A DNA stretch of 23,417 bases from Fidelibacterota bacterium (GCA_036338305.1 JAYZCM010000052.1:1-23417), one strand, 5' to 3'. Counted from the stretch's first letter, positions 7,716-18,268 are shown. A program made the numbers and translations. Notes: a model not told the origin generated them from the letters alone.

Positions 7716-8507
7716 ATGGGCATTTCTTTAGGCACTTTATTTGGCATACTTGCAGGAGTAGGACTATTATTATATAATATTGTTGCAAAAGCTCCAGATG
7801 TTGCTATTTTTATTGATGTAGGTAGCCTGCTAATGGTAGTAGGTGGAACTATGGCCGCAACATTCATTGCTTATAAAGAAGTATACGTAATCCAAGCATT
7901 GAAAGGAATACTCCAAATATTCAAATCTCTTAAAATTGATAAAAAATCTCTTGTCGGTGATGTTGAAAAAATAATTGAATGGGGCAAAATCATTGAAACT
8001 GGAGGAATTCGCGAACTAGAAAAACAGTTTGATGAGAAAGAATTAGAAAACCCTGTAATGAAATTCAGCATGGATATGGTTTTTGCTGGAGAAAAATCAG
8101 AATTAATTTACAAAGAAACTAAAAACTTAATTGAATCAGAAGCAGCTAGGAGAAGTGTCCCTGTAGACATACTTAACACAATGGCATCATATGCGCCAGC
8201 ATTTGGAATGGCAGGAACTTTGATTGGCCTTGTAATACTGCTATCTAACCTTGCAGATAAAGATTCTATTGGAATAGGGATGGCAATAGCAATCATCACA
8301 ACATTATATGGAGTTATATTTGCTAATTTAATTTTAAAACCAACTGCTGCAAAATTAGAACAATACAATGGCATACAACGCTTTCGTGACCTATTAATAT
8401 TAGAAGGTGTTTCAATGCTTCCAAACAAGCCAGATCCCTACTACATACAAAACCACTTAAACAGCTACTTAAATCCTAAATTTCATTTTGATTCTGCAGA
8501 TGGTTAA
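7716..8507 (+). CDS. motA: Flagellar-type stator subunit A (MotA/PomA family ion channel)
   Basis: The product is 263 aa with 2+2 transmembrane topology and a ~100-aa charged cytoplasmic loop. The conserved C-terminal half, YAPAFGMAGTLIGLVILLSNLADKDSIGIGMAIAIITTLYGVIFANLILKPTAAKL, closely parallels what I recall of Vibrio PomA (GMIGTLVGLVAMLSNM..AIGPAMAVALLTTLYGA). Both conserved prolines are present (APAFG and LKPT). An AAGAGGA ribosome-binding site lies upstream. Confidence 0.85.
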   Translation: MGISLGTLFGILAGVGLLLYNIVAKAPDVAIFIDVGSLLMVVGGTMAATFIAYKEVYVIQALKGILQIFKSLKIDKKSLVGDVEKIIEWGKIIETGGIRELEKQFDEKELENPVMKFSMDMVFAGEKSELIYKETKNLIESEAARRSVPVDILNTMASYAPAFGMAGTLIGLVILLSNLADKDSIGIGMAIAIITTLYGVIFANLILKPTAAKLEQYNGIQRFRDLLILEGVSMLPNKPDPYYIQNHLNSYLNPKFHFDSADG

Positions 8508-8513
8508 TGACTT

Positions 8514-9191
8514 ATGAGTGATGGTATGCAAAAAAAAGAAAATTTGGATGTTGTAGATGGATGGATGGGTACATATGGAGATATGGTGACTCTACTTATG
8601 GCCTTTTTTGTTCTTCTATATGCATTTTCAGATCCAGACCCAGGAAAATTTGAACAACTAAGTGATGGAATGAAAGGCGCCTTTTTGAATGAAGAACAGA
8701 AAGATGAATTTAAAGGGTTAGAAGAGAAACTAGAAGAAATCGTTGAAGAATCTGAAAAAAATGAAGAAGTTGAAGTAAAAATGACAATTAAAGGCATTGA
8801 AATTCAAATGGAAGGTAGCTCATTATACGAATCATGCTCAGCTGATGTTAATGATGACATGGCGCCTATAATTACATCCATATCCAAAACAGTAACTGAT
8901 ATCCTAAATGATTCTGAGTATACTAATTATATGGTAGAAGTCGTAGGACATACAGATAATGAACCTCCCACTAGCTGTGAATATTTTGATACAAATTTTG
9001 ATTTATCTGCATATCGAGCCACGCAAGTAGTAAACTTGTTAATCGATGCAGGTATTGATAAAAGTAAATTGAGGGCAATAGGCATGGCTGATGGAGAACC
9101 TTTATTTCCAAACATTAATGAAAATGGCTCTCCCATAAGAGAAAATCAAGCTAAAAACCGTAGAGTAGAAATTTTAATCAATAAATATTAA
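8514..9191 (+). CDS. motB: Flagellar-type stator subunit B (MotB/PomB family, OmpA-like peptidoglycan-binding C-terminus)
   Basis: The product is 225 aa. It has a single N-terminal transmembrane segment carrying the invariant channel Asp (WMGTYGDMVTLLMAFFVLLY, D23). An acidic linker follows. The OmpA-like domain reads VVGHTDNEP...FDLSAYRATQVVNLL...NRRVEILI. The gene starts 6 nt after the motA stop. Confidence 0.85.
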   Translation: MSDGMQKKENLDVVDGWMGTYGDMVTLLMAFFVLLYAFSDPDPGKFEQLSDGMKGAFLNEEQKDEFKGLEEKLEEIVEESEKNEEVEVKMTIKGIEIQMEGSSLYESCSADVNDDMAPIITSISKTVTDILNDSEYTNYMVEVVGHTDNEPPTSCEYFDTNFDLSAYRATQVVNLLIDAGIDKSKLRAIGMADGEPLFPNINENGSPIRENQAKNRRVEILINKY

Positions 9192-9195
9192 ATAT

Positions 9196-9224
9196 AAAAA
9201 AAGGCGAAAATTTCGCCTTTTTTT
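9196..9224. terminator. Bidirectional rho-independent terminator between convergent motB and dnaK
   Basis: AAAAAAAGGCGAAAATTTCGCCTTTTTTT is a perfect 29-nt palindrome centred on 9210. It has a GC-containing stem (GGCGA/TCGCC), a short A/T loop, an A7 run on one side and a T7 run on the other. It can therefore terminate transcripts arriving from either strand. It lies 5 nt after the motB stop and 24 nt after the dnaK stop. Confidence 0.75.
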
Positions 9225-9247
9225 ATAAACAAACGATCATTTTATAA

Positions 9248-11167
9248 TTAACTTTCTTCCTCTACTACTTCAAAATCTGCATCTTCTACCTCTTCTTTAT
9301 TTGATTTTGAATTTGCATCTGCAGTTTGATCCGAGCTAGAGTTAACAGAAGAATCAGCTTCCTTTTGCTGAGCAGCTTGATACATCTTTTGAGCAACGGG
9401 CTCCCAAGCTTTATTTAAGCCTTCCATGGCAGTTTTGATTGAATCTATGTCAGATCCTCCATTAGCCTGTTTAAGTTTCTCTAATGCATCTTGTATGGGC
9501 TGTTTTTCAGCTTCAGCTAATTTATCACCAGCTTCTTTCATTTGATTCTCAGTTTGATAAATAAGCTGATCTGCAGTATTATGGACATCTACAGACTCTT
9601 TTTTAGTTTCATCGTCTTTTGCATGTTTTTCTGCATCTGTCTTCATTTTTTCTATTTCTTCATCCGTCAAACCACTTGAGGCCTCAATTCTAATTGATTG
9701 CTCTTTCCCTGTAGCCTTATCAGAAGCAGATACATTCAATATTCCATTAGCATCAATATCAAATGTAACTTCAATCTGCGGAGTTCCTCTAGGAGCAGGC
9801 GGTATACCATCTAAATGAAAACGACCAAGTGACTTACTATCTACAGCCATAGACCGTTCTCCTTGCAAGACATGCACCTCAACAGAAGGTTGATTATCGG
9901 CAGCTGTAGAAAATATTTGGCTTTTCTTTGATGGAATGGTTGTATTTGATTCTATCAATTTTGTCATAACGCCACCCAAAGTCTCAATTCCAAGAGAAAG
10001 TGGTGTTACATCTAATAATAAAATATCTTCCACATCACCAGCCATCACGCCACCTTGAATTGCTGCACCTATAGCTACAACCTCATCAGGATTGACACCT
10101 TTATTTGGCTCTTTTTTGAATATATCCTGAACAATATCTTGAACCATGGGAATTCTAGTTGAACCACCAACAAGTATAACTTCATTAATATCAGATGGTT
10201 TCAATCCGGCATCTTTTAATGCATTTTGACATGGAGCTTTTGTTCTATTAATTAACTTACCAACCAATGATTCAAATTTTGCTCTTGTCAAATTAAGATT
10301 CATATGACGTGGCCCTGAAGAGTCTGCCGTTATGAACGGCAAGTTGATATCAGTCTGTTTTGAAGAGCTTAATTCGCATTTAGCTTTTTCTGCGGCTTCA
10401 CGAAGCCTTTGAAGAGCCATTGGATCCTTACCCAAATCAATACTATCAGATTTTTTAAATTCAGCAATCAAATGCTCAACTAAAGCTTGATCTATGTCAT
10501 CTCCACCTAAATGCGTATCACCATTTGTTGACTTTACTTCAAAGACACCATCACCTAACTCCAAAATTGAAATATCAAATGTACCTCCACCAAAATCAAA
10601 AACAGCAATTATTTCATCTTTCTTTTTATCTAAACCATAAGCCAATGATGCAGCAGTAGGCTCATTTATTATTCTACGAACATTTAAACCAGCAATAGCT
10701 CCAGCATCTTTTGTTGCTTGCCTCTGTGAATCATTAAAATATGCAGGCACAGTTATAACTGCATCAGTTACAGATTCACCTAAATATTCTTCAGCAGTTT
10801 GCTTTAATTTTTGCAAAACCATTGCACTAATCTGCGGAGGAGCATAATCTTTATTCATTGAAGAAATATTTACTTCTCCATTTTTACCTTTTATAATTTT
10901 ATAAGGTATTTCTGATATTTCAGTACCCACTTCATCAAACATTCTACCAATAAATCTTTTAGCTGAAAATATTGTATTTTCAGGATTTGTTACTGCTTGC
11001 CGTTTTGCGGGCTGGCCAATCAAAGTTTCATCATCTTTCGTAAATGCAACAACTGATGGAGTAGTCCTTCCACCCTCACTATTAGTAATAACAGTTGGAG
11101 TACCACCTTCCATAACTGCCACACAAGAATTAGTTGTACCTAAATCTATACCTATAATTTTTGACAT
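9248..11167 (-). CDS. dnaK: Molecular chaperone DnaK (Hsp70)
   Basis: The product is 639 aa. Diagnostic Hsp70 motifs are present: [23 protein letters not shown]-type ([14 protein letters not shown]) and [14 protein letters not shown]. The C-terminal lid ends in an acidic tail. An AAGGAG ribosome-binding site (complement of 11174..11179) lies 6 nt upstream of the ATG. Confidence 0.98.
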   Translation of the reverse strand: MSKIIGIDLGTTNSCVAVMEGGTPTVITNSEGGRTTPSVVAFTKDDETLIGQPAKRQAVTNPENTIFSAKRFIGRMFDEVGTEISEIPYKIIKGKNGEVNISSMNKDYAPPQISAMVLQKLKQTAEEYLGESVTDAVITVPAYFNDSQRQATKDAGAIAGLNVRRIINEPTAASLAYGLDKKKDEIIAVFDFGGGTFDISILELGDGVFEVKSTNGDTHLGGDDIDQALVEHLIAEFKKSDSIDLGKDPMALQRLREAAEKAKCELSSSKQTDINLPFITADSSGPRHMNLNLTRAKFESLVGKLINRTKAPCQNALKDAGLKPSDINEVILVGGSTRIPMVQDIVQDIFKKEPNKGVNPDEVVAIGAAIQGGVMAGDVEDILLLDVTPLSLGIETLGGVMTKLIESNTTIPSKKSQIFSTAADNQPSVEVHVLQGERSMAVDSKSLGRFHLDGIPPAPRGTPQIEVTFDIDANGILNVSASDKATGKEQSIRIEASSGLTDEEIEKMKTDAEKHAKDDETKKESVDVHNTADQLIYQTENQMKEAGDKLAEAEKQPIQDALEKLKQANGGSDIDSIKTAMEGLNKAWEPVAQKMYQAAQQKEADSSVNSSSDQTADANSKSNKEEVEDADFEVVEEES

Positions 11168-11275
11168 TCTTAACTCCTTAAAATTTTTATAAAGATTGTA
11201 TAGGAATTACTACAATAATAATGCCATCAACACAAATAAGACTTATTGTCAGACAAATATTGTATGGTAATAATT

Positions 11276-13747
11276 CTATATGGTTTTTACAGATTTATTT
11301 TTTTTAGTTTTAGCTTTTGAGGTTGTTTTTTTTGATTTTTTATTAAGCTTTTGTTCAAAATATAATTTTTTATTACGAGATTTAATTGTAATAATACCAT
11401 CTTCCTTAAACTCACCACTTATAAAAAAAGCTGATATTTTATTTTCAATTTCATTTTGAATCATTCTCCTTAATGGTCTGGCACCCCACTCCCTATGAAG
11501 GCCATCCCTTATTAAATCTTCTTTAGCTGTTTTAGAAATTTTCAAAACATTTAATTTTTTTTCTAAATTTGCCCTTAAATCATTAAGCTGGAGATCTATT
11601 ATTTCATATAACGCATCTTTTGAAAGAGAATTAAACACAATAATCTCATCTATTCTATTCAAAAATTCTGGAATAAAATATTTCTTAACTACAGCCATAA
11701 TGTCAGAATAATTATCTTCCCTTGAATCTGATTGATTATTTTTAAAGCCAAATGATGTTGAACTTACTGCGCTTGTACCTATATTTGAAGTCATGATTAT
11801 TATAGTATTCCTAAAGTCTACAATTCTACCTAAACTATCTGTAATTCTTCCTTCATCAAGAATTTGTAATAAAATATTATAAACATCCCTATGAGCTTTC
11901 TCAATTTCATCAAACAAAACTACAGAATAGGGATTTCTTCTAACCCTTTCAGTAAGCTGTCCACCTTCCTCATACCCTACATATCCAGGAGGAGCACCTA
12001 TTAATCTAGAAACATTATATCGCTCAACATACTCACTCATGTCGATTTTAACTAAGGCATCCCTATTTAAAAACAAATAATCAGCAAGTACTTTTGAAAG
12101 TTCAGTCTTCCCAACGCCTGTCGGCCCTAAGAACATAAAGGAACCTATTGGCTTATTAGGATTTTTTAATCCTGCTCTTGCTCTTTGAGTTGCTTGAGTA
12201 AGCTTTTCTATTGCATCATCTTGGCCAACTATGTATTTTTTTAATTCTTCTGACATATTTATCAATTTCATTGTTTCTGATTCAGCAACTTTAGCTAGCG
12301 GTATGCCTGTTATCATTGATACAATATCAGCCACATCCTCTTCACTTACAGTTGGCCTAGATGCCACATCATCTTGATCCCATTTCTCCTGTGCATCATT
12401 TAGCTTAGAAATCAACTTTCTTTCTTTATCTCTCATGTCAGCAGCCTGTTCAAATTTTTGTTGAGCTATGACAGATTCTTTCTTTTTTCTTAGATCTGAT
12501 ATGTTTTTTTCTAATTTAACTATCTCTTCTGGAACATGAATATTATGAATATGAACATGGGAGCCTACCTCATCCATCACATCTATTGCTTTATCAGGTA
12601 AAAATTTATCAGTAATATATCTTTCACTTAATTCTACGCATGCATGTAATGCAGCATCAGATAAAATGACTTGATGATGGTCTTCATATTTCTCTTTTAT
12701 ACCATTTAATATTTGAATGGTATCTTCTATGGAAGGCGGATTAACCATTACTTTTTGAAACCTTCGTTCTAATGCACCATCCTTTTCTATATATTTCCTA
12801 TACTCATTTAAGGTAGTGGCTCCTATGATTTGAATTTCTCCTCTAGCAAGTGCTGGTTTAAACATATTTGCAGCATCTAATGATCCTGTTGCACCACCAG
12901 CTCCAACCAATGTATGTAATTCATCTATGAATACAATATTATCAGTACAAGTTTCTAACTCAAGCATCAAAGTCCTCATTCGCTCCTCAAATTGCCCTCT
13001 ATATTTTGTACCCGCAATTAATCCAGCAAGATCAAGAACTATAACTCTTTGCCCCCAAAGTACATGCGGCACAGTTTTTTCATGAATCCTAAGTGCAAGC
13101 CCTTCTACAATTGCGGTTTTACCTACGCCAGGCTCACCTATTAAAACAGGATTATTTTTCTTTCTTCTTGACAAAATTTGCGCAACTCTCTCGATTTCTA
13201 CATTCCGCCCCACTACAGGATCTAATTTTCCTTCATTTGCCATTTTTGACAAATCTCTACTATATATATCTAAAGTTGGAGTTTTTGACTTCTTTGGGGT
13301 CTTTTTTTCTGTTTTAGCAGGAGTAGATGAAATAAACGTAACTAATAATTCATAATCTACAGTATATGCGCTTAAAACTTCAGTTGACAAACCTTCATCT
13401 TCTCTTGACAATGCTAATAATAAATGTACTTGATTTGCGACATCCTGATTATAATTTTGAGCCTCAGAAAATGTTGTTCTAAGAATACGTTCAGCCCTTC
13501 TAGTTAAAGGTAAATGACCTAGGGTCATCGTGCCACCACTTGGCTTAGCCATATCCTCAATCATTGCTTTCATTTCAACTATATCGCAACCTATGGAAGT
13601 CAATGCATTGGCAGCCTTTCCATTTGAATCTTTTATTATGCCTAAAAGTAAATGTTCAGAGCCTACATAGCTATGCCCTAACCGAACAGCTTCTTCTTTT
13701 GCATATTTTAAAACTCTTTGAACACCTTTAGAAAAATTTTCTTTCAT
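11276..13747 (-). CDS. clpC: ATP-dependent Clp protease ATP-binding subunit ClpC (class I AAA+ unfoldase)
   Basis: The product is 823 aa. It has two N-terminal Clp_N repeats and a D1 Walker A ([15 protein letters not shown]) and Walker B (IVFIDELH). The middle region is short and carries a UVR-like motif ([16 protein letters not shown]) rather than the long ClpB coiled coil. D2 has Walker A ([15 protein letters not shown]) and Walker B ([11 protein letters not shown]), followed by GARPLRR. A candidate ClpP-docking loop, SFGF, follows MTSNIG. The C-terminal tail is Lys-rich. Confidence 0.88.
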   Translation of the reverse strand: MKENFSKGVQRVLKYAKEEAVRLGHSYVGSEHLLLGIIKDSNGKAANALTSIGCDIVEMKAMIEDMAKPSGGTMTLGHLPLTRRAERILRTTFSEAQNYNQDVANQVHLLLALSREDEGLSTEVLSAYTVDYELLVTFISSTPAKTEKKTPKKSKTPTLDIYSRDLSKMANEGKLDPVVGRNVEIERVAQILSRRKKNNPVLIGEPGVGKTAIVEGLALRIHEKTVPHVLWGQRVIVLDLAGLIAGTKYRGQFEERMRTLMLELETCTDNIVFIDELHTLVGAGGATGSLDAANMFKPALARGEIQIIGATTLNEYRKYIEKDGALERRFQKVMVNPPSIEDTIQILNGIKEKYEDHHQVILSDAALHACVELSERYITDKFLPDKAIDVMDEVGSHVHIHNIHVPEEIVKLEKNISDLRKKKESVIAQQKFEQAADMRDKERKLISKLNDAQEKWDQDDVASRPTVSEEDVADIVSMITGIPLAKVAESETMKLINMSEELKKYIVGQDDAIEKLTQATQRARAGLKNPNKPIGSFMFLGPTGVGKTELSKVLADYLFLNRDALVKIDMSEYVERYNVSRLIGAPPGYVGYEEGGQLTERVRRNPYSVVLFDEIEKAHRDVYNILLQILDEGRITDSLGRIVDFRNTIIIMTSNIGTSAVSSTSFGFKNNQSDSREDNYSDIMAVVKKYFIPEFLNRIDEIIVFNSLSKDALYEIIDLQLNDLRANLEKKLNVLKISKTAKEDLIRDGLHREWGARPLRRMIQNEIENKISAFFISGEFKEDGIITIKSRNKKLYFEQKLNKKSKKTTSKAKTKKNKSVKTI

Positions 13748-13748
13748 A

Positions 13749-14414
13749 TCACCCTTCTTTTATTATGCCTTTATCTAAAATTAAAACTCTATCAGCAATA
13801 GACTTAATTAAATTATCATGTGAGGCTATTATAAATGACGTATTCATTTTATCTCTTAATTCTAATATTAAATTTAATAATAACTGACTGTTTTCTACAT
13901 CTAAATTTCCAGTAGGCTCATCAGCTAATATTATTTTAGGATCATTAATTAAAGCACGTGCAACAGCAGCCCGCTGCCTTTCTCCTCCTGAAACCTCATC
14001 TGGATAGTGGTCAGATCGCTTTTCTAAGCCTATTTCAAATAAAATTTTCCTAATATCATTATTGGATTTCTCCTTACCTGAAACAAGTAAAGGTATTTCA
14101 ATATTTTCATAAATAGTGAATTCTGGCAATAGATGGTGAAATTGAAATATAAATCCAATTTTATCACTCCTTAATTTATCAATAGAATCATATTCTTCAA
14201 CCGGCCTACCATCAAGCATAACCACACCTTCATAATCCGTTTCCAAAGTACCTAATATATTTAACAAAGTACTCTTTCCTGACCCAGAAGGCCCCATCAG
14301 ACCTACAATTTCACCCTTCTGTATATCTAAAGATATATTACTAAGTACTTCTATCTTAACATTAGATTTAGAATATGCCTTTTTAACATTACGCGCTGAT
14401 AGAACACTCATCAC
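13749..14414 (-). CDS. lolD: ABC transporter ATP-binding protein, LolD-like (lipoprotein release)
   Basis: The product is 221 aa. It has Walker A (GPSGSGKST), a Q-loop, the ABC signature VSGGERQRAAVARAL, Walker B (ILADEPTGNLD) and an H-loop (ASHD). It sits immediately downstream of two LolC/E (MacB/FtsX-type) permease genes. The track start at 14414 is GTG. An ATG at 14411 overlaps the upstream TGA by 1 nt and is an equally good start. Confidence 0.75.
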   Translation of the reverse strand: MMSVLSARNVKKAYSKSNVKIEVLSNISLDIQKGEIVGLMGPSGSGKSTLLNILGTLETDYEGVVMLDGRPVEEYDSIDKLRSDKIGFIFQFHHLLPEFTIYENIEIPLLVSGKEKSNNDIRKILFEIGLEKRSDHYPDEVSGGERQRAAVARALINDPKIILADEPTGNLDVENSQLLLNLILELRDKMNTSFIIASHDNLIKSIADRVLILDKGIIKEG

Positions 14415-15586
14415 TTTTTATGCCCTAATGAATTAATTACGTTTAGCTTAGATGCTTTAATTGATGGATAAATTGCTGAAAGAATTAATAATAATAATGT
14501 AAAAAACACTACAAGCATAATATTTTCAAGTTTAATCATCAATGGAAAATCAATCATCAAGTTACTATTAAATAAATTTCTAATAAAATTTATTTTCTCA
14601 TCAACTTTAATTATAATCAAAGTAAGAATTATACCAACCGAAGAGCTAACAAACCATGTTGCTAATGCTTGAAATAAAAAAATATTCATTATTTTATGCT
14701 CAGCTGCACCAAGAGCCCGTAAAATGCCAATTTGAGATATTTTTTGCATAACTGATAAGCTCATCATGCTTAGTAATGTAAAAGCTGAAATTCCTATAAT
14801 TAATATTCCAACTAATGAGTATATAATCTTTTCTACCTTCATTGCAGAAATAAATGAGTAATGATCGCTATCCCAATTTTTAATTTCCACATTGGGTGTA
14901 TTTTTCAAAATATTCTTTTTTTCACTTAAACTTAATGATTCATTCAAATAAAAAACTTTTCCAGCACTTTCTAAAAAGTCATTTAAAAACTGATAATCTG
15001 TAAAAATATATTTTTGATCATAATCTAATATTTCTAATTCATATATTCCAATGACAGTAAAACGTTTATTATAAGGAATGCCAATGAATGGATTAATTCT
15101 TGTAGAAAATAAATCTACCCTATCCCCTAAAGAAATCTGTAACTTATTTGCTAACGCACTTCCTATGTAAATATAATTTTCACTTATTTCCGAATCTAAT
15201 AAATCAACTTTTTTATTGAATATTCTATTTTTAAATGTTGAGAAATCCTTAATCCCATTTATATTTACTAATCTCTGATTTTCATCATTTTGAATTATCA
15301 CTTTTCCATTATAGCCTAACTTAAAGTCTATATTTTTAGATTTTAAATTTAACATTAACTCATCAAAATCATTTCCTAAAGGTAAATTAAGTATTTTAGA
15401 TGGAAACGAAACTTCCTTTAATTTCGTAAAAATTGCATATTCCATTCCATTCATTATGGAAATTGTTAAAAGAACAATGACAATTCCTAGAATTGTACCA
15501 AATAATGGAAAGTAGCTACTAAACTTTAAATACTTAATAGATTTATTATTAAAAATAAATTTATAAATAAAACTCATTCTATTCAT
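14411..15586 (-). CDS. LolC/LolE-family ABC permease (FtsX/MacB-type, 4 TM with large periplasmic loop)
   Basis: The product is 391 aa. TM1 (FPLFGTILGIVIVLLTISIMNGM) is followed by a ~220-aa soluble loop. The C-terminal FtsX-like 3-TM bundle carries the conserved GILRALGA motif. The gene overlaps the upstream permease gene by 8 nt and the ATPase gene by 1-4 nt. Confidence 0.7.
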   Translation of the reverse strand: MNRMSFIYKFIFNNKSIKYLKFSSYFPLFGTILGIVIVLLTISIMNGMEYAIFTKLKEVSFPSKILNLPLGNDFDELMLNLKSKNIDFKLGYNGKVIIQNDENQRLVNINGIKDFSTFKNRIFNKKVDLLDSEISENYIYIGSALANKLQISLGDRVDLFSTRINPFIGIPYNKRFTVIGIYELEILDYDQKYIFTDYQFLNDFLESAGKVFYLNESLSLSEKKNILKNTPNVEIKNWDSDHYSFISAMKVEKIIYSLVGILIIGISAFTLLSMMSLSVMQKISQIGILRALGAAEHKIMNIFLFQALATWFVSSSVGIILTLIIIKVDEKINFIRNLFNSNLMIDFPLMIKLENIMLVVFFTLLLLILSAIYPSIKASKLNVINSLGHKK

Positions 15587-16781
15587 ATTTTAAAATTTCT
15601 GAAATATTTAATCTCTTAATTGCAAGAGATGGCAGGTAAGAGCATGCACATGAAAGTAATAAAGCAATTAAAGGATATAAAATAAAAAATGAAAGCTTCA
15701 TTTTTACAGGCAAATAGTCCATGAAATAAATATCTTCAGGAAGGGAAATAATATTAAAATTCATTTGAATGAATAAAAGCAATAAAGAAATAAATGCTCC
15801 ACTAAATGAACCTATTAAGCCAATTATAACTCCTTGCCTTAATATGATAGATTGAATCATACTAAAGCGAAGTCCTAATGTGTTCAAAACTGCATAATCC
15901 GCAGATTTTTCAACAATAATCATCCATAGTGAAGCTGCAATATTAAAAAAACCAATAATCATTATAAATATAATAATGAGCTTAATTGGAAAATCATAGA
16001 CATTAAGCCATTGTAGTAAATTGAAGTGTCTATCTTTCCAAGTCATCATGCTATAAGGGAATCTCCCTATCTGGTCACCAACCAGGTCCACAATTTCTTT
16101 TAATTTTAATTGGTCCTTTACATTAAAAATTATACCAGAAATGTTATTTCCCATATTAAAAAAGTTTTGAGCTTTTTTAACATTAATAAATGCAAGCATT
16201 TTATCATATTCAGGAAATTCAGTTTTAAATAAATTAGTTATGATAAATTTTTTGGCAAGTAAATGTTGATCAACAATGTTAAATAGTATTATTTCTTGGC
16301 CTATATCAACATCTAAGGATAATGCTAATTTTTCGCCTATTATTATTGAATTATCAGCATTGAATAAATCTTTATTTATAGAAAACTCATAAATATTAAA
16401 AATATCATTCAATGAAGATTCATTTACTCCATAAACTATCACTCCCTCATTTAAATTTCCTTTTTTTACAATTACATTCTGTTCCACATAAGGAGTATAT
16501 GACAACATGGAAGAGAGTGAGTCTAATTTTAACGAAAGTGATAAAAATTCATCTATACCAATATAATCATTATAATAATTGTTAATACGAACATGCCCAT
16601 CAATTGAAGACAACTTCCTATTAACTTCTTGACTAAAACCATTTGTTATGGATGATACAATAATTAAGGAAGCTACACCTATTGACAATCCAATGATACT
16701 TAATATAGTCGAAAAAGATATAAAACTAAATTTACTATGTGAAATTAAATGTTTTCTTGCTATTCGGGAAATAATTTGCAC
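15579..16781 (-). CDS. LolC/LolE-family ABC permease (FtsX/MacB-type), paralogue of the downstream gene
   Basis: The product is 400 aa with the same layout as its neighbour. TM1 (ILSIIGLSIGVASLIIVSSITNGF) is followed by a periplasmic loop and a C-terminal 3-TM FtsX-like region (VLNTLGL...). The start is GTG at 16781, 2 nt after the lysS stop. I cannot tell which paralogue is LolC and which is LolE. Confidence 0.7.
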   Translation of the reverse strand: MQIISRIARKHLISHSKFSFISFSTILSIIGLSIGVASLIIVSSITNGFSQEVNRKLSSIDGHVRINNYYNDYIGIDEFLSLSLKLDSLSSMLSYTPYVEQNVIVKKGNLNEGVIVYGVNESSLNDIFNIYEFSINKDLFNADNSIIIGEKLALSLDVDIGQEIILFNIVDQHLLAKKFIITNLFKTEFPEYDKMLAFINVKKAQNFFNMGNNISGIIFNVKDQLKLKEIVDLVGDQIGRFPYSMMTWKDRHFNLLQWLNVYDFPIKLIIIFIMIIGFFNIAASLWMIIVEKSADYAVLNTLGLRFSMIQSIILRQGVIIGLIGSFSGAFISLLLLFIQMNFNIISLPEDIYFMDYLPVKMKLSFFILYPLIALLLSCACSYLPSLAIKRLNISEILKYE

Positions 16782-16783
16782 TA

Positions 16784-18268
16784 TTATTCAGATCGCAGAG
16801 CAGGAAATAATATGACATCCTTAATTGAATGTTTTTGTGTTAATAACATTACTAAACGATCAACACCAATACCAACACCACCCGTTGGCGGCATGCCTGC
16901 CTCCATTGACTCTATAAAATCTTCATCTAATATTTGAGCTTCATCATCACCTGCGTCCTTTAAAGAGTTCTGCTGCATCAACTTTTGCCTTTGTTCAATT
17001 GGATCATTTTGTTCGCTAAATGAATTTGCAAATTCCATCCCACAAATAAATAATTCAAACCTTTCAACCAAAACACCGTCACCATCTCTTTTCTTTTTAG
17101 CTAAAGGGGATATTTCTGCAGGATAATCATAAACAAAAGTTGGAAAAATCAAATTAGGCTCAATTATATCTCCAAAAATTTTATCAAGTAATTGACCAAA
17201 ATTAGCTTTTTCATCAACATTAATATTTTTACTTTTAGCAATGGATTTCAAAGCCTCAATATCTATAGTTTTTATATCTTCCTCTAAATATTCATAAAAT
17301 AATTCATACATTGATTTTTTTTGAAATTTCTTTTTTAAATCAATAGTATTTTCTTCATATGTAAAACATAATGAATCAACTGCGCTTGCAGTGTTTCGAA
17401 TAAGGTTTTCAGTAAAATCCATCATGGCATATACATCAGAATATGCCTCATAAAATTCTAAAGAAGTAAATTCTGGATTATGATTTCTATCCATACCTTC
17501 ATTTCTGAAATTTTTTGCAATTTCATAAACTTTTTCAAATCCACCAATAATTAATCTTTTTAAATATAATTCATCTGCAATTCTTAAGAACAATGATCTA
17601 TCTAGTGAATTATGAAAAGTTGTAAATGGCCTAGCAGAGGCGCCGCCATAAATTGGCTGCAATGCAGGTGTTTCAACTTCCAAGTATCCACTATCATCTA
17701 AAAAATTACGAATAGATTTTATTATTTTTGCCCTTTTTATAAATACATCTTTTACTTCATAATTAGCTATTAAATCAAGATGCCTATGTCTATACCTTAA
17801 CTCTTTATCATCAAATGAATCAAATGATACTCCTTCTTTCTCCTTTAAATTTGGTAAAGGTCTTAAATTTTTTGACAATATACTTAAACTATCTGCCTTA
17901 ATTGATAATTCTTCAGTTTTAGTTAAAAATAATTCACCAGAGCATCCAACTATATCACCTAAATCTAAATTTCTACAAATATCATCATATATCCCCTTTG
18001 GTAATAAATCATTTTTTAAATAAATTTGAATTCTACTAGATACATCTTGAATATGGATAAATGAAGCCTTCCCCATTTTTCTTTGAGATACAATTCTACC
18101 AGCTGTTTTTACTATATCTCCTATTTTATTAATCTTTTGATTATGAATGTCTATTATATCATCTACTTTATCATATTCATATGCAAAAACAGTATGACCT
18201 GCATTAGAAATTTTTTCCATTTTTTCTAGTCTATGATCAATAATTTGCTGCAAACTTTTTTTATCCAT
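16784..18268 (-). CDS. lysS: Lysyl-tRNA synthetase, class II
   Basis: The product is 494 aa. It has an N-terminal OB anticodon-binding domain (GRIVSQRKMGKASFIHIQD). Class II motifs are present: motif 2 FRNEGMDRNHNPEFTSLEFY and motif 3 GGVGIGVDRLVMLL. It sits in the conserved prfB-lysS arrangement, with its ATG directly abutting the prfB stop. Confidence 0.97.
   Translation of the reverse strand: MDKKSLQQIIDHRLEKMEKISNAGHTVFAYEYDKVDDIIDIHNQKINKIGDIVKTAGRIVSQRKMGKASFIHIQDVSSRIQIYLKNDLLPKGIYDDICRNLDLGDIVGCSGELFLTKTEELSIKADSLSILSKNLRPLPNLKEKEGVSFDSFDDKELRYRHRHLDLIANYEVKDVFIKRAKIIKSIRNFLDDSGYLEVETPALQPIYGGASARPFTTFHNSLDRSLFLRIADELYLKRLIIGGFEKVYEIAKNFRNEGMDRNHNPEFTSLEFYEAYSDVYAMMDFTENLIRNTASAVDSLCFTYEENTIDLKKKFQKKSMYELFYEYLEEDIKTIDIEALKSIAKSKNINVDEKANFGQLLDKIFGDIIEPNLIFPTFVYDYPAEISPLAKKKRDGDGVLVERFELFICGMEFANSFSEQNDPIEQRQKLMQQNSLKDAGDDEAQILDEDFIESMEAGMPPTGGVGIGVDRLVMLLTQKHSIKDVILFPALRSE

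Noticed and set aside
7871-9136. Minus-strand track ORFs 7871..8071, 8108..8428, 8504..8797 and 8927..9136
   Set aside because: They are antisense to motA and motB, which have unambiguous stator signatures. The translations are Ser/Phe-rich nonsense. They are shadow ORFs.
7716-9191. MotA/MotB pair as ZorA/ZorB of a Zorya anti-phage system
   Set aside because: ZorA proteins are much longer than flagellar MotA and carry a long C-terminal tail. Zorya loci also carry zorC/zorD (or zorE) partners. Here MotA is 263 aa with ordinary PomA-like layout, MotB is 225 aa, and no partner genes follow; a terminator and dnaK come next.
11168-11275. Heat-shock control elements upstream of dnaK (CIRCE inverted repeat TTAGCACTC-N9-GAGTGCTAA, or sigma-32 CTTGAA/CCCCAT), and a clpC terminator
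   Set aside because: Neither consensus is present. Only a small TTGTC-T-GACAA palindrome and an A/T-only imperfect hairpin (ACAATAAG/CTTATTTGT) occur. A sigma-70-like TTGTAG-N17/18-TATAAA can be drawn but is not distinctive. The 28-codon plus-strand ORF at 11221..11307 is antisense to the clpC end and lacks a ribosome-binding site.
11276-13747. Calling the 823-aa Clp ATPase ClpB
   Set aside because: The middle region between D1 and D2 is short and carries a UVR-like motif rather than the long ClpB coiled-coil M-domain. A candidate ClpP-docking loop (SFGF) is present, which ClpB lacks. ClpC is the better call.
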